Below, one piece after another: positions 12,127 through 22,497 of a DNA stretch of 64,000 bases. The number at the start of each line of letters is the position of its first letter. Position 1 is the first letter of the stretch. A model generated the notes under the pieces. The model ran no database searches, had not been told where the DNA came from, and saw nothing but the letters and a program-made list of their open reading frames with translations. Origin of the DNA: Nannocystis bainbridge (GTDB lineage Bacteria > Myxococcota_A > Polyangia > Nannocystales > Nannocystaceae); the NCBI RefSeq assembly GCF_028368995.1, contig NZ_JAQNDL010000001.1, positions 1,888,001 to 1,952,000 of the forward strand. The letters run 5' to 3'. A program made the position numbers and the translations under genes.

Positions 12127-13503
12127 TCAGCGCGCCGCCATCACCGTGTTGAGGCACTCGGCCAGCGTCGGGTGGGCGAAGGTCGCGTCGCGCAGCGCCG
12201 GGGCCGTCAGCCCGCCCATCATCGCCACCTCGATCACCGCCATCAGCTCGCCGGCCCCGACCCCGAGGATCGTCGCGCCGAGGATCTGCTGGCTGCGCGC
12301 GTCGATCACGACCTCGAGGAACCCGCGGGCCTCGTCCATCTCGAGCGCGCGCGCCACCTGGTCCATGCCGATGCGCGCGACCCGGATGTCCCGGCCCTCG
12401 CGGCGCGCGTCGGCCCCGGACAGGCCGATGCGCGCCAGCTCCGGATCGGTGAACACCACATACGGCACCATGCGCCCGCGCGTCGTCGCCTGCCCGCCCT
12501 CCAATAGGTTGGTGCGCAAGATCCGGTGATCGTCGTAGGCGATGTGCGTAAATGCCGGCCCGCCCTTGACGTCGCCGACCGCGAACACCCCCGGGGCGCT
12601 GGTCGCCAGCCGCTCGTCGACCTTCACGTGGCCGCCGGCGTCGACCTCGATCCCCGCCGCCTGCAGGTCCAGCGCCTCGGTGTTGGGCGTGCGACCGGTG
12701 GCGACCAGCAGGTGCGAGCCGACGAGCGAGCGCTCGCCGCCCGGCGTGTCGCACACGAGCGCGATCGCCTGGCCCTGATTCGCGACCCGCCGCGCCTGGC
12801 TCGACAGCCAGATCTCGATCCCGTCGGTCGCCAGCACCGCCCCGATCGCCGCCCCCACGTCGGCGTCCTCGCGGGGCAACAGCTGCGCCGCGCGCTGCAC
12901 GATCGTCACCCGGCTGCCGAAGCGGCGGAACATCTGCGCGAACTCGAGGCCGACATAGCCGCCGCCGAGGACCAGCAGATGCTCCGGCACGACGGCCAGC
13001 TCGAGCATGCCCGCGTGATCGAGCCACGGCACCTGTTCGAGGCCCTCGAGCCGGGGCACCTGGGTGCGCGCGCCGGTGTCGATCACGATCACCTCGCCGG
13101 CGATCTGGCGCACCCCGCCGTGGTTCAAGCGCACCTCGAGCTGGCGCGGGCCGACGAAGCGGCCGGCGCCGAGCAGCAGATCGATCGCCGGCTGGGCCAC
13201 CAGGGCGGCGCGGCTCGAGTCGACGAATTGGCGGACGATCCGGCGCGTCCGCTCGCGCACCCGCGTCATGTCGACGCTCACCGCGTGCGCGCGCACCCCG
13301 AAATCGCCGGCCCTGCGCGCCAGGTAGGCCACCCGGGCGCTCGCCACCATCGTCTTGGTCGGCGTGCAGCCGGTGTTGATGCAGGTGCCGCCGAGGTGCT
13401 CGCGCTCGACGAAGGCGACCCGGCGACCGGCCGCGGCGAACGCCAGCGCGAGGGGTCGTGCCGCCTGACCCGAGCCGAGGATCACCACGTCGTAGCCGTC
13501 CAT
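12127..13503 (-). CDS. Pyridine nucleotide-disulfide oxidoreductase, class I (MerA/RclA-like, lacking the MerA C-terminal CC)
   Basis: GSGQA FAD fold; GGTCINTGCTPTK redox CxxxxC; GGGYVGLE; HPTLAE at the C-terminus. Confidence 0.9.
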   Translation of the reverse strand: MDGYDVVILGSGQAARPLALAFAAAGRRVAFVEREHLGGTCINTGCTPTKTMVASARVAYLARRAGDFGVRAHAVSVDMTRVRERTRRIVRQFVDSSRAALVAQPAIDLLLGAGRFVGPRQLEVRLNHGGVRQIAGEVIVIDTGARTQVPRLEGLEQVPWLDHAGMLELAVVPEHLLVLGGGYVGLEFAQMFRRFGSRVTIVQRAAQLLPREDADVGAAIGAVLATDGIEIWLSSQARRVANQGQAIALVCDTPGGERSLVGSHLLVATGRTPNTEALDLQAAGIEVDAGGHVKVDERLATSAPGVFAVGDVKGGPAFTHIAYDDHRILRTNLLEGGQATTRGRMVPYVVFTDPELARIGLSGADARREGRDIRVARIGMDQVARALEMDEARGFLEVVIDARSQQILGATILGVGAGELMAVIEVAMMGGLTAPALRDATFAHPTLAECLNTVMAAR

Positions 13504-13621
13504 CGCCCGGATGGTGACCGCGAAGCCGAGCGCGGCAACCGGCCGGCCACCCGATTGCGAAGTGCCGCATTCGTGGCGCCGCTCGTCCGCCCCCCGCGCC
13601 TGCGATAAGGTCACCGGCAGC

Positions 13622-14671
13622 ATGACCTCGCCACGCTACCCGCTGCCCAACGCCTTCGTCCCGCTCCGCGCCGCGCACCTCGCCGGCAAGCGGGCCACGG
13701 GCCTCAAAGACGTGCTCGTCGCCGGCCCGCTCGTGCTCGCCAGCGGCCGCCTCGTCGCCTGCGACGCCCTCGTGCAGCCCGAGCGCCCGCCGTTTTCCCG
13801 CGTCCTCGCGCCCGGCAGCTACCCCGTGGTCCTCTACGTCGCCAAAGCGGGCGGCGCGATCGGCTTCGCCGAGCTCCGTCTGCGCGACGCCCCCGCCCTG
13901 CGCTTCGAGATGGCCACGATCGCCGGCCAGGACCCCGCCACGCTCGGCCCGCGCGAGACCTTCGGCTATCCGGTCGGCACCGGGCTCGGCTGCTTCGCCG
14001 ACGAGGTCGCCCTGCGCCGGCTGCGGGAGCTCGACGCCGACAACGCCTACGACCGCATCGGCCCCGAGCTGGCCGCCAACGGCGGCGCGTGGGTCAGCCA
14101 CCGCCCCGACCCGCAGGCCGACGACAACGTCGTGCTGTTCCGCTCCGGCGACGGCGACGGCCACTACCCGACCTGGTTCGGCCTCGATGCCGACGACCGG
14201 CCCGTGTGCGTCGTCACCAGCTTCCGCTGCTTCCCCGAGCCCGAGACCGCCGACGACAGGCAGGCCAGGCTCGCCGAGACGTTCGCGCCGCTGGTCGCCG
14301 CCGTCGATCGCGACCTCGGGGCCGGCCTGCGCGCGCGCGGCTTCACCGGCCCCGAGGCGACCTACAAGGGCAAGACCGACGGCGAGCTCAAGCTCGTGTA
14401 CACGCGCGACGGCCTCGCCTTCGAGGTCCTCGGCTCGGCCACCGGCCGCCACCTCTTCACCACCCAGTTCCGCTGGGCCCGCGGCCGCTCGACGCTCGAC
14501 GTCGGCAACGAGCACCGCAAGGCCGGGGTGCCGATCGACTGGAAGGAGGGCGTCGCCGTCGGCGACGCCGCCTTCGTCCACGCAACTCGCATCGGCGCCT
14601 CCTACGCCGCCGGCTGGGACGCGCTCGAGCAAGCGGTCCTGCACTACCTGCCGCTCAAGCGCGCGCGCTGA
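13622..14671 (+). CDS. DUF4241-like domain protein with C-terminal extension
   Basis: SGRLVACD, GYPVGTGLGCFAD and FRSGDGDGHYPTWFGLD motifs. Confidence 0.7.
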   Translation: MTSPRYPLPNAFVPLRAAHLAGKRATGLKDVLVAGPLVLASGRLVACDALVQPERPPFSRVLAPGSYPVVLYVAKAGGAIGFAELRLRDAPALRFEMATIAGQDPATLGPRETFGYPVGTGLGCFADEVALRRLRELDADNAYDRIGPELAANGGAWVSHRPDPQADDNVVLFRSGDGDGHYPTWFGLDADDRPVCVVTSFRCFPEPETADDRQARLAETFAPLVAAVDRDLGAGLRARGFTGPEATYKGKTDGELKLVYTRDGLAFEVLGSATGRHLFTTQFRWARGRSTLDVGNEHRKAGVPIDWKEGVAVGDAAFVHATRIGASYAAGWDALEQAVLHYLPLKRAR

Positions 14672-14679
14672 CGATACTC

Positions 14680-14760
14680 CAAGACATGCCCTCGGAGACA
14701 TGCTCCCAGAGACATGCCCTTGAAGACATTACCCTGAGAGCATGCCCCTCGGGGCATACC
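14680..14760. repeat. 14-bp-period RGRCATGYCY array, 6 units
   Basis: CAT(G/T/A) cores at 14685, 14699, 14713, 14727, 14741 and 14755. Confidence 0.85.
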
Positions 14761-14836
14761 GTCGCGCGCAGCACGGCGGCCGCGTTCTCCGGGCCCGGCA
14801 CCCGCGGCGCCGCCGCGGCTGCAGCGAGCCGGTGCC

Positions 14837-15238
14837 TCATCCGCGGCGGTCGAACCGCTCCCGCGCCGCGGCGATCGTGGGCCAGTGCTCGCCGATCCAG
14901 CGCGCGAGGTGTTCCATCGGCCCCAGAAGGCTGCGGCCGAGCTCGGTGAGCTCGTACTCGACGCGCGGAGGGACCTCGGCGAACACCTCGCGCGCGACGA
15001 AGCCGTCGCGCTCGGCGTCTCGCAGCGTCGTCGTCAGGACCCGCTGCGAGATGCCGGTCAGCATCCGCTGCAGCTCGGAGAAGCGGGCGCGCTGCCCCGG
15101 CGCCTTCGCCAGCATCACGACGAGCAGGACGCTCCACTTGTCCCCGAGCTTGCCCATGAGCTCGCGGACCACCCGGGACTCCTCCGTCTCGCACAGGCGC
15201 ATCGTGGGCGGCGCCGTCTTCGTGCCGGATCTGGCCAA
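14837..15238 (-). CDS. HxlR-family winged-helix regulator
   Basis: LGDKWSVLL, RFSELQR, ISQRVLTTTLR, VPPRVEYELTELG. Confidence 0.9.
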   Translation of the reverse strand: MARSGTKTAPPTMRLCETEESRVVRELMGKLGDKWSVLLVVMLAKAPGQRARFSELQRMLTGISQRVLTTTLRDAERDGFVAREVFAEVPPRVEYELTELGRSLLGPMEHLARWIGEHWPTIAAARERFDRRG

Positions 15239-15391
15239 TCGTTACCTCGAGGTGCGCTGCTGCGTGAAAGGTGCCGTCTTCTCTTCGCTCGCGCCGACCG
15301 TACCATGCAGACGGCGCCGCGATCCGAACGCTCGCGCGCGAGAAAGGCAACGCCGCTCATGGACCAGCCAACCCCGGCAGGCAATACGCTC

Positions 15392-16303
15392 ATGCCCGCC
15401 CTGCATCCCGTCGTCTCCGTCGCTCCGCTCGTGCTCCCGGCCCCGGGCCGCGGCGTCGATCTCCAGCTCCGCGTGTCCGCGCCCGTGCGCGGCGATCGCT
15501 TGCCGGTCGTCGTCTTCTCGCACGGTTTCGCTTCTTCCTGCGACGCCTACGCACCGCTCGCGCAGTACTGGGCGGCTCGCGGCCTCGTCGTCATCCAGCC
15601 GACGTTCCTCGACTCGCGCACGGTGGCCCTGGCCGAGCATGACCCGCGCGCACCCGAGGTCTGGCGCATCCGCGTCGAAGACGTCAAGCGCACGCTCGAC
15701 GGGCTCGAAACGCTCGAGCAGGCCGTGCCCGGGCTCGCCGGGCGCATCGATCGCGGGCGCATCGCCGCCGCGGGTCACTCGTTCGGCGCTCACACGACGA
15801 GCCTGCTGCTCGGAGCGCGGATGGTCGGGCCCGACGGTCGCCCCGGCGAGGACCTGTCCGACCCGCGGATCTGCGCTGGCGTACTCCTCTGCGCCGCAGG
15901 CCGCGGTGGCGCCGACCTCAGCGCCTTCGCCCGCGAGCACACGCCCTACCTCGACCAGAGCTACGCGGAGATGACGACGCGGGTCCTCGTCGTCGCGGGC
16001 GACGCGGACCGCTCGCCGCTGACCGTCCGCGGCCCCGACTGGTTCGCCGATCCCTTCATCTTGAGCCCGGGCGCCGACTGGCTCCTGACCGTCTTCGCCG
16101 GCGAGCACATGCTCGGCGGCATCTCCGGCGACCGCGTCACGGAGACCACCGACGAAAGCCCCGAGCGCGTCGAAGCCGTCCAGCGGCTCACCTACGCGTA
16201 CCTGCGCAGCGCCCTCCAGCCGGACGATCCAGCGTGGGACGAGGCGCGCCGCCAGCTCGCGGCGGACCCGAGCCCGCCGGCACGCCTCGACGGCAAGGCC
16301 TGA
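15392..16303 (+). CDS. Alpha/beta hydrolase (chlorophyllase-like)
   Basis: VFSHGF; GHSFG nucleophile elbow; GDAD; GEHMLGG. Divergent from the HxlR gene. Confidence 0.85.
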   Translation: MPALHPVVSVAPLVLPAPGRGVDLQLRVSAPVRGDRLPVVVFSHGFASSCDAYAPLAQYWAARGLVVIQPTFLDSRTVALAEHDPRAPEVWRIRVEDVKRTLDGLETLEQAVPGLAGRIDRGRIAAAGHSFGAHTTSLLLGARMVGPDGRPGEDLSDPRICAGVLLCAAGRGGADLSAFAREHTPYLDQSYAEMTTRVLVVAGDADRSPLTVRGPDWFADPFILSPGADWLLTVFAGEHMLGGISGDRVTETTDESPERVEAVQRLTYAYLRSALQPDDPAWDEARRQLAADPSPPARLDGKA

Positions 16304-16412
16304 CCGGCAGGTCGACCCGGCGGATAGTGACATCCGAGCGCCGAACATCCTCCGACGACCTGTCCTCGAGGACATCCGATTCGCCCGCACCCCCGCGACC
16401 GCAAAAATCAAC

Positions 16413-16460
16413 GAGCGCCCCGCAGGCGGGGCGCTCGGCGGGGCGCTCGGCGGGGCGCTC
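16413..16460. repeat. Three tandem GGCGGGGCGCTC units with an upstream inverted copy
   Basis: GAGCGCCCCGC followed by (GGCGGGGCGCTC)x3; can form alternative hairpins. Confidence 0.6.
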
Positions 16461-16783
16461 AGCCGTGGTGACTGGTGCCGGCCTTGACCTTGCTCTTCGT
16501 CTTCATGGCCCCTCCTCCCGCGCCAATTCTAGCCGCCGCCTCGCGGCCGACGAGGCCTCACCTTCGCGCATGCTCGCCGACGCGCGCCCTGCCGATCGAC
16601 ATGACCTTTCGGACATGTCGAACCTCCGCGCTCGGGTGCCACGCCGGGTCCCCCCATGAGCCTGCTCACTTCCACCCGCCTCGTTTTCACCAGCAGCACC
16701 GCCCGTGCGCGCGGCCTCGCGGTCACATCGGCGCGGCCTCGCGGGTCTTCCCTCGACGAGACCGCGACCGAGGGACCTGACCG

Positions 16784-17668
16784 ATGCAACAGCGCGACTG
16801 CCTGGCGACCCGCTTCGAGGCGCACCGGACCTATTTGCGGGGCGTCGCCTACCGCATGCTCGGCTCGCTGAGCGAGGCCGACGACGCCGTGCAGGACGCC
16901 TGGCTCCGGCTCGCCCGCACCGACTCCGCCGCCGTCGACGACCTGCGCGCGTGGCTCACCACCGTGGTCGCGCGGATCTGCCTCAACCTGCTGCGCGCGC
17001 GCGGCACCCGGCGCGAGGAGCCGCTGGGCCCGCACGTGCCCGACCCGGTCGTGCGCCGCGAGCCTGGCGTCGACCCCGAGCGCGACGCCCTGCTGGCCGA
17101 GTCGGTCGGCCTCGCGCTGCTCGTCGTCCTCGACGAGCTCGCGCCTGCCGAGCGGCTCGCGTTCGTGCTCCACGACAGCTTCGGCGTATCGTTCGACGCC
17201 ATCGCCGCGCTGTGCGGGCGCACGCCCGAAGCCGCGCGGCAGCTGGCCAGCCGCGCGCGCCGGCGGGTCCGCGCCGCCGCCCCCGTGCCCGACCCCGACC
17301 TCCCCCGTCAGCGCGAGGTCGTGTCCGCCTTCTTCGCCGCCACCCGCGCCGGCGACCTCGGGGCCCTCGTCGCCCTGCTCGACCCCGACGTGATCCTCCG
17401 CGCCGACGGCGGCACCGCGCGCGCCGAGGTCTCGGTCGTCGCCCGCGGCCCGCAGGCCGTCGCCGAGCACTCGCTCGGCTTCGCCGCGATGACCCCGTTC
17501 GTCCGCCCCGCCGTGGTCAACGGCGCCGCCGGGGCCGTCGTCGCCCCCGGCGGCGAGCCGTTCTCGGTCATGAGCTTCGTCGTCAAGGCCGGCAAGATCG
17601 CCGCCATCGACGCCCTCGTCGATCCCGAGCGCCTCGGGAGGCTCGACCTCGGCGACCTCGACGGCTGA
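16784..17668 (+). CDS. ECF41/SigJ-type sigma factor with C-terminal SnoaL-like domain
   Basis: YRMLGSLSEADDAVQDAWLR; LAPAERLAFVLHD; RQLASRARRRV; LLDPDVILRADGG; VNGAAG. Confidence 0.9.
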   Translation: MQQRDCLATRFEAHRTYLRGVAYRMLGSLSEADDAVQDAWLRLARTDSAAVDDLRAWLTTVVARICLNLLRARGTRREEPLGPHVPDPVVRREPGVDPERDALLAESVGLALLVVLDELAPAERLAFVLHDSFGVSFDAIAALCGRTPEAARQLASRARRRVRAAAPVPDPDLPRQREVVSAFFAATRAGDLGALVALLDPDVILRADGGTARAEVSVVARGPQAVAEHSLGFAAMTPFVRPAVVNGAAGAVVAPGGEPFSVMSFVVKAGKIAAIDALVDPERLGRLDLGDLDG

Positions 17669-17757
17669 TATTCCATGTCTCATCGGACATGCTCGAAACG
17701 ACATGTACATCAAGACATATCATCGGCGCTCATGACATGCCCCTTCGGACATGTCAT
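17669..17757. repeat. 14-bp-period RGRCATGYCY arrays (4 + 2 units)
   Basis: Cores at 17674, 17688, 17702, 17716, then 17736 and 17750, between convergent genes. Confidence 0.8.
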
Positions 17758-17773
17758 GAACGCCACCCGCGCC

Positions 17774-18751
17774 TCACGGCTCGAGCCCGCACACGCCCAC
17801 GTCCTCGAACCCCGGCGGGGCCGTCATCGGCGCGTACCACGGGATGCACACCTGGTCGACGCCCGGGCAGAAGTCGGGGTCGTCGAGGACGCAGAACGGC
17901 AGGCAGCAGCCCGCCTCCGTCTGCGAGCACTCGCTGGCCAGCGCCGGATCGGCGCAAAACAGGCCGGGATCGCAGGCGTTGAGGAACTCGCACGGGTCGA
18001 ACGCCTGCCCCTCGGCGCCGCTGGCGTCGAGGACGCACACGAACTCGTCTTCGAGCGGCAAGCACGCGTCGGTGCCCTCGCAGTTCTGCAGGAGCGGATC
18101 GCAGTTGGCGAGGCAGATGTTCAGGATGCCCTCGTTGAGCACCGCGCAGTGGTGCCCCGCGGCGCAGCTCGGCGACTGCGGCGTCCCGCCGCACAGCGCC
18201 ACGCAGGTGCCCTCGCCGGTCACCGGGTCGGCGTCCCAGCAGACCGCGCCGATCTCGCAGTCGTCCTCGCCGCTCGTGGGGCCGCCGACCACGTGACAGC
18301 TGTCGCCGACAGGCTGCGGGTTCGGGTCGAGGTCGACGCAGCGCCACTCGTTCCACGACGGGCCGTCGTTGCCGGCCGGCGTGCACTTCTGCCCCCACGG
18401 GCAGTCCTGATGCCACACGCTGCACTCGTTCCCGCCGCCGGTGGTGCCGGTCGTCTCGCCGGTCGTCTCGCCGCCGCTGTCCGATTCACTCGATCCGCCC
18501 TCGCTCGACCCGCCCTCGCTCGACCCGCCCTCGCTCGACCCCTGGCTGCCGCCCGAGCTCTGCCCCTCGGTGCCGCCGTTGCTCGAGCTCTGCCCCTCGG
18601 TGCCGTCGCCGCCGCCCGTGCTCTGCGGGCCTTCGCTGTCGCCGAACTCGCCGAGCAGGATCTTCGGATCGCAGGCGACCAGCGCCAACCCGCTGAACAG
18701 GAGGCCGGCCGCGCGCGTGATGAAAGGAGATGTGGAATGACGCATGTTCAT
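17774..18751 (-). CDS. Cys-rich lipoprotein with Ser/Gly/Thr linker (Nannocystaceae-type)
   Basis: Lipobox LVAC; SEGGS repeats; CSVWHQDCPWGQKC...CDPLLQNC...NACDPGLFC...CCLPFC...DVGVC pattern. Confidence 0.85.
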   Translation of the reverse strand: MNMRHSTSPFITRAAGLLFSGLALVACDPKILLGEFGDSEGPQSTGGGDGTEGQSSSNGGTEGQSSGGSQGSSEGGSSEGGSSEGGSSESDSGGETTGETTGTTGGGNECSVWHQDCPWGQKCTPAGNDGPSWNEWRCVDLDPNPQPVGDSCHVVGGPTSGEDDCEIGAVCWDADPVTGEGTCVALCGGTPQSPSCAAGHHCAVLNEGILNICLANCDPLLQNCEGTDACLPLEDEFVCVLDASGAEGQAFDPCEFLNACDPGLFCADPALASECSQTEAGCCLPFCVLDDPDFCPGVDQVCIPWYAPMTAPPGFEDVGVCGLEP

Positions 18752-19000
18752 GGTCCTCGGATGGAGATTGGCCGCCGGCTGCTCTCCGCATTAATCATTC
18801 GTCGCCCCGAATGCATCGACGCTCGCGCGCACTCCCACGAGTCGGCGAGCGGCGCGCCCCGCGACAGCGAGCGGCCGTCCCGAAGCGCCGCCCGCCCCGA
18901 CGCGCGCGGCGATCCTCTGCCCTCGTCAGCGTCCCCGCGCCGGCGCCTCGCGCCCACACCCGGATTCCGTCCGCGCCGCCCGACCGTCGCATGCGTCGCC

Positions 19001-19810
19001 TCAGAGGTCCTTCGACCTGTCCTTAGGGGCATGCCCTTCGGGACATGCCGAGGCCACCCGCCCGGCGTACGTCGAGCGCGGGTGGGCGCGCAAGAACGCC
19101 GCCGCCTCCACGGCCCCACGCGCCGCCTCGCCCGCAGCGCACAGCGCCTGCACCCGCAGCGCCTGCCGCTCCTCGAGCATGCAGCAGTCCGCGAACTCCT
19201 CGGCGTGGCGCTCCAGCACCGCCAGCGCCGCGCCCGGCTGCCCGCCGCGCAGGGCCGCTCGGGCCTGCTGCAGCAGCGCCATCTCGGCCAGCATGCGGTC
19301 CCCCTCGGCGACCGCCTCGTCGCCGCCTTCGGCCGCCTCGGCGGCCCCGGTCCCGCTCTCGGCCCTGCTCGCCGCGCGCCCCCTCGCCCCCGCCTGCGCC
19401 CCGCGCCCCTGGCCCGCCGCCCGTTCGCGCGGCGGCGTGACCACCAGCTTTTGCCCTTCGAGCTCGGGCGTGCCCGCCTCGCGCGGCCCGCCCTCGCCGT
19501 CCGCCCGGATCCTCGCGTCCTGCGAATCGGGCCCCGCGGCGTCGTATTCGGCCTGGTGCCGCATGTCCTGAAGGACCTGTCCCGGCACGAACATGCGGGC
19601 CAGGTCGAGCTGCCAGGCCGCCAGCAGCAGCAGCCCGGCCGCCAGCGCCAGCCACGGCGCGCGGCTCGGCCGGTCCTCGCGGCCCCGCGGTCCGTCCCGC
19701 TCGGCCGCCGCGAGCGTCGCCCACAGCTGCGCCTCGGCGGCGGCGGACGGGCGCGCACAGGCCCGGTAAGCGGCGATCAGCGCGCGAGCGGACGGCGATT
19801 CATCGGTCAT
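19001..19810 (-). CDS. Putative anti-sigma membrane protein with C-terminal TPR-like domain
   Basis: Overlaps the sigma stop; one TM segment; LAEMALLQQARAAL...EERQALRVQALC...FLRAHPRS motif. Confidence 0.7.
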   Translation of the reverse strand: MTDESPSARALIAAYRACARPSAAAEAQLWATLAAAERDGPRGREDRPSRAPWLALAAGLLLLAAWQLDLARMFVPGQVLQDMRHQAEYDAAGPDSQDARIRADGEGGPREAGTPELEGQKLVVTPPRERAAGQGRGAQAGARGRAASRAESGTGAAEAAEGGDEAVAEGDRMLAEMALLQQARAALRGGQPGAALAVLERHAEEFADCCMLEERQALRVQALCAAGEAARGAVEAAAFLRAHPRSTYAGRVASACPEGHAPKDRSKDL

Positions 19811-20387
19811 GCGGCCTCCGGACGGAGCGAGCGCGCAGGCGCTGGCTGAATTGCTCGAGCTTGATCCGCGCGGCCCGCAGCCGCGAGAACACCGTGCCCA
19901 GCGGGATCTCGAGCGCCTCGGCGATCTCCGACGCGGTCAGCCCCTCGACGTCGGCCAGCAGGAACACCACGCGCTTGTCCTCGTCGAGCCCGTCGAGGAA
20001 CTCCTGCATGAACGCGGCCGCCTGCTGCAGCTCCAGCGACGCCTCCGGCTCGCGCGGCGGCGCCGGCGGCTCGACCGCGGACAGCCGCCGCTCGCGGCGC
20101 GTGTGGGCCCGCTGGCGCATCAGCACCACGTTGCGGGTGATCCCGAACAGCCACGCCGGCAGCGAGCGCGACGGCTCGAACGTGTGCAGCCGGCGGTGCA
20201 CCACCAGGAACACCTCCTGGGCGACATCGTCAGCCTCATCGGCCGCGACCCCGAGCGCGCGGGCGATCCGCCACACCGTGCCGAGGTGGCGGGTGAACAC
20301 CTCGCGCACGCTCGGCGCGCCGCACTCGATCGCCGGCCCGGCCGCGAAGCCGGCCGACGTCAGCGGCGTGTCGAGCGTCTTGCTCAC
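19800..20387 (-). CDS. ECF sigma-70 factor
   Basis: DDVAQEVFLVVHRRL; AWLFGI; VEGLTASEIAEALEIPLGTVFSRL. Confidence 0.92.
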   Translation of the reverse strand: MSKTLDTPLTSAGFAAGPAIECGAPSVREVFTRHLGTVWRIARALGVAADEADDVAQEVFLVVHRRLHTFEPSRSLPAWLFGITRNVVLMRQRAHTRRERRLSAVEPPAPPREPEASLELQQAAAFMQEFLDGLDEDKRVVFLLADVEGLTASEIAEALEIPLGTVFSRLRAARIKLEQFSQRLRARSVRRPHDR

Positions 20388-20461
20388 CGGACCAGTCTTT
20401 TCCGCCGGCGCCCGATCGCATTAACCCCGACGCACGATTTTTTGGCCCGGCGCACGATCGC

Positions 20462-21589
20462 TCACGGGAACCGCGCCTCGACCAGCAAGAACCCGCGGAA
20501 CGCCGCCGGACCGACCTGGTGGAGCTCGCGGCCGCCGGCGAACTCGAACCGCGGCCGCCGCAGCGAGATCGCAGCCTCTGCCAGCACCACCAGCGCCGCG
20601 AACCCTCGCAGCGCCCGCGGCGCCCACGCCAGCCCGGCCCCCGCCGTCACCGCGCCCCACAGCGTCGTGGCCTCGTAGTTGGTGTCGCCGCCCACGCCCC
20701 GGGCCTGCAGCGCCCCCAGCTCGAGGCCGACCTGCAGCGGCAGCTCGAGCGGCCCCGCGCGCAGCACCGGCCCGCCGCGCAGCTGCCCCGCGTGCACCGC
20801 GAACTGGGCCCCGAACGCCGGCTCGCCCCCGCGCCGCACCTCGGCCTCGAACCACCGCGTGTAGCCGGCCGTCAGCCGCGCCCGCCGCCACATCAGCCCG
20901 ACCGCCGCGGCCAGGCCGGCGCTCACCGGCAGCATGCCCGCCTGCACGCCGGGCCCGAACTGGACCAGGCCGCGGACCGCTCGCCTCTTCGGTTTCCGCG
21001 GCGCCCCGGCGGCGGGGATCGCCGGGTCCTCCGCGATCGGCTCCGGACCGGCCTCCTCGGGCGTCGGCGGCCCCACGGGCGCGACCGCGGGCCTCGGCGC
21101 CGCGGGCCCGGCCTCGTCGGGCCCGGGCGCGCTGGCGGCCGGGGCCGGCGGCGCGGGCACGACGTCCTGCGGCTCGCGCTGCGCCGGATCGACGGCGATG
21201 GCGATCACGAACGCCGCTGCACGGACCGCCGCGTCGCAGCTGGCGACCGCCAGCGTGCGCTCCTGCGTGCGCCCCTCCGCCTCGATGGCCACCACCACGT
21301 GCCAGCGCTCGCCGCTCGGGCGCGCCTGCACGCGGATGCTGCCCGTCGGCGCCGGCGCGCTCGTGGGGTCGAGGTGACGGGAGATCTCGGCCGTGAGCGC
21401 CGCCCCGTCCGGGCAACCCGGGGGCGCGTCCCACACGATCGCCGGCAGCGACGCGGCCCCCGAGCCAGCCGCCGCGGGCACCTCCCCCGCGCCCGGCGGC
21501 GACGCGGCCCCCGAGCCCCCCGCCGCGCCCATGCCCACGCACAGGGCGAGCAGCCCCGGCGCGCGGCGTGAGAGCGATGCCCGACCCAT
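20462..21589 (-). CDS. Hypothetical exported protein, possible C-terminal beta-barrel
   Basis: WDAPPGCP...SCDAAV N-domain, Pro-rich linker, beta-strand-like C-terminus ending VEARFP; lies upstream of the ECF pair. Confidence 0.65.
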   Translation of the reverse strand: MGRASLSRRAPGLLALCVGMGAAGGSGAASPPGAGEVPAAAGSGAASLPAIVWDAPPGCPDGAALTAEISRHLDPTSAPAPTGSIRVQARPSGERWHVVVAIEAEGRTQERTLAVASCDAAVRAAAFVIAIAVDPAQREPQDVVPAPPAPAASAPGPDEAGPAAPRPAVAPVGPPTPEEAGPEPIAEDPAIPAAGAPRKPKRRAVRGLVQFGPGVQAGMLPVSAGLAAAVGLMWRRARLTAGYTRWFEAEVRRGGEPAFGAQFAVHAGQLRGGPVLRAGPLELPLQVGLELGALQARGVGGDTNYEATTLWGAVTAGAGLAWAPRALRGFAALVVLAEAAISLRRPRFEFAGGRELHQVGPAAFRGFLLVEARFP

Positions 21590-21794
21590 GCGGTCGCCGC
21601 AGGATACGTGAGCCGCCGGGTGATGCAAACGCAGACGCGACCGATCGCCAGCGCGCGCACCACGAAACCCGCCGCACCCCGGGCGACGGCTCGCTCCCGA
21701 CCCCGTCCCTGCCCCTTTCGACATGCCCCATCCGACATGTCCGAAAGACCACGTGCTCTGGCGGTCGCCGGCCCGGTCTCTTACCCTCGGAGCC

Positions 21795-22352
21795 ATGCTC
21801 CGCGCCGCCTCGCTCCGGCCCGCGCTGACCGTCGCGCTGGTCGCCGCCTGCACCCATGCCCGCCCTGGCCCGCTCCAGCAGGGCCCCGCGGACACCGACG
21901 CGGCCGCCGTGACCGACGAAGCGCCGCTCTCCGCTCCAACCGTGGACCCGCCGGCGATCGTCGACCACGAGCAGCCGCAGCCCGGTCCGCCGCGCTGGCG
22001 CCCCCTCGAGACCGATCCGCGCCTGGTCCTCCGCGACGGCAGCGACGAGCTCGGCTTCCTCGAGCAGCCGTGCGCCGTCGACGAGCCGTGCGGCTGCCTC
22101 GTCGCGGCCGAGCACCGCTACCATCGCCGCGGCGACGGCTGGACGATCGTGGTCGTGCTGCCGGAGGTCGAGATCCGCCGCGTGGTCAAGCGCGGCACCT
22201 GCCTCGAGGGCTGCGGCCAGCCGCACCCCCCCGAGCCGACGCCCATCCGCTCGCTCGGCGCCGTCGACCCCGCGAAGGTCGAGATCGTCGTGAAGCGCCC
22301 GCGCAAGGTCATCACGAAGACGACCTGCACCGATCCGCACCTCGCCCCGTGA
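21795..22352 (+). CDS. Hypothetical lipoprotein
   Basis: Lipobox VAAC; several Cys residues; GGAG upstream. Confidence 0.65.
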   Translation: MLRAASLRPALTVALVAACTHARPGPLQQGPADTDAAAVTDEAPLSAPTVDPPAIVDHEQPQPGPPRWRPLETDPRLVLRDGSDELGFLEQPCAVDEPCGCLVAAEHRYHRRGDGWTIVVVLPEVEIRRVVKRGTCLEGCGQPHPPEPTPIRSLGAVDPAKVEIVVKRPRKVITKTTCTDPHLAP

Positions 22353-22497
22353 ACCCCCGGGCAGAGCCCCCGCGGCCTGCGGATGGAGCTGTGGCGCGCA
22401 ACCTCGCCGCGCGCTGGATCTCCGATCTTCGCGGTCCGCCGCCCCGCGAGCGCGCGACCCTCCGCGATCACGCTAGACTGCGGCCCGGAGGTGCGCG

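Noticed and set aside
12127-13503. Mercuric reductase merA
   Set aside because: It has no C-terminal Cys-Cys pair, no N-terminal HMA domain and no mer operon.
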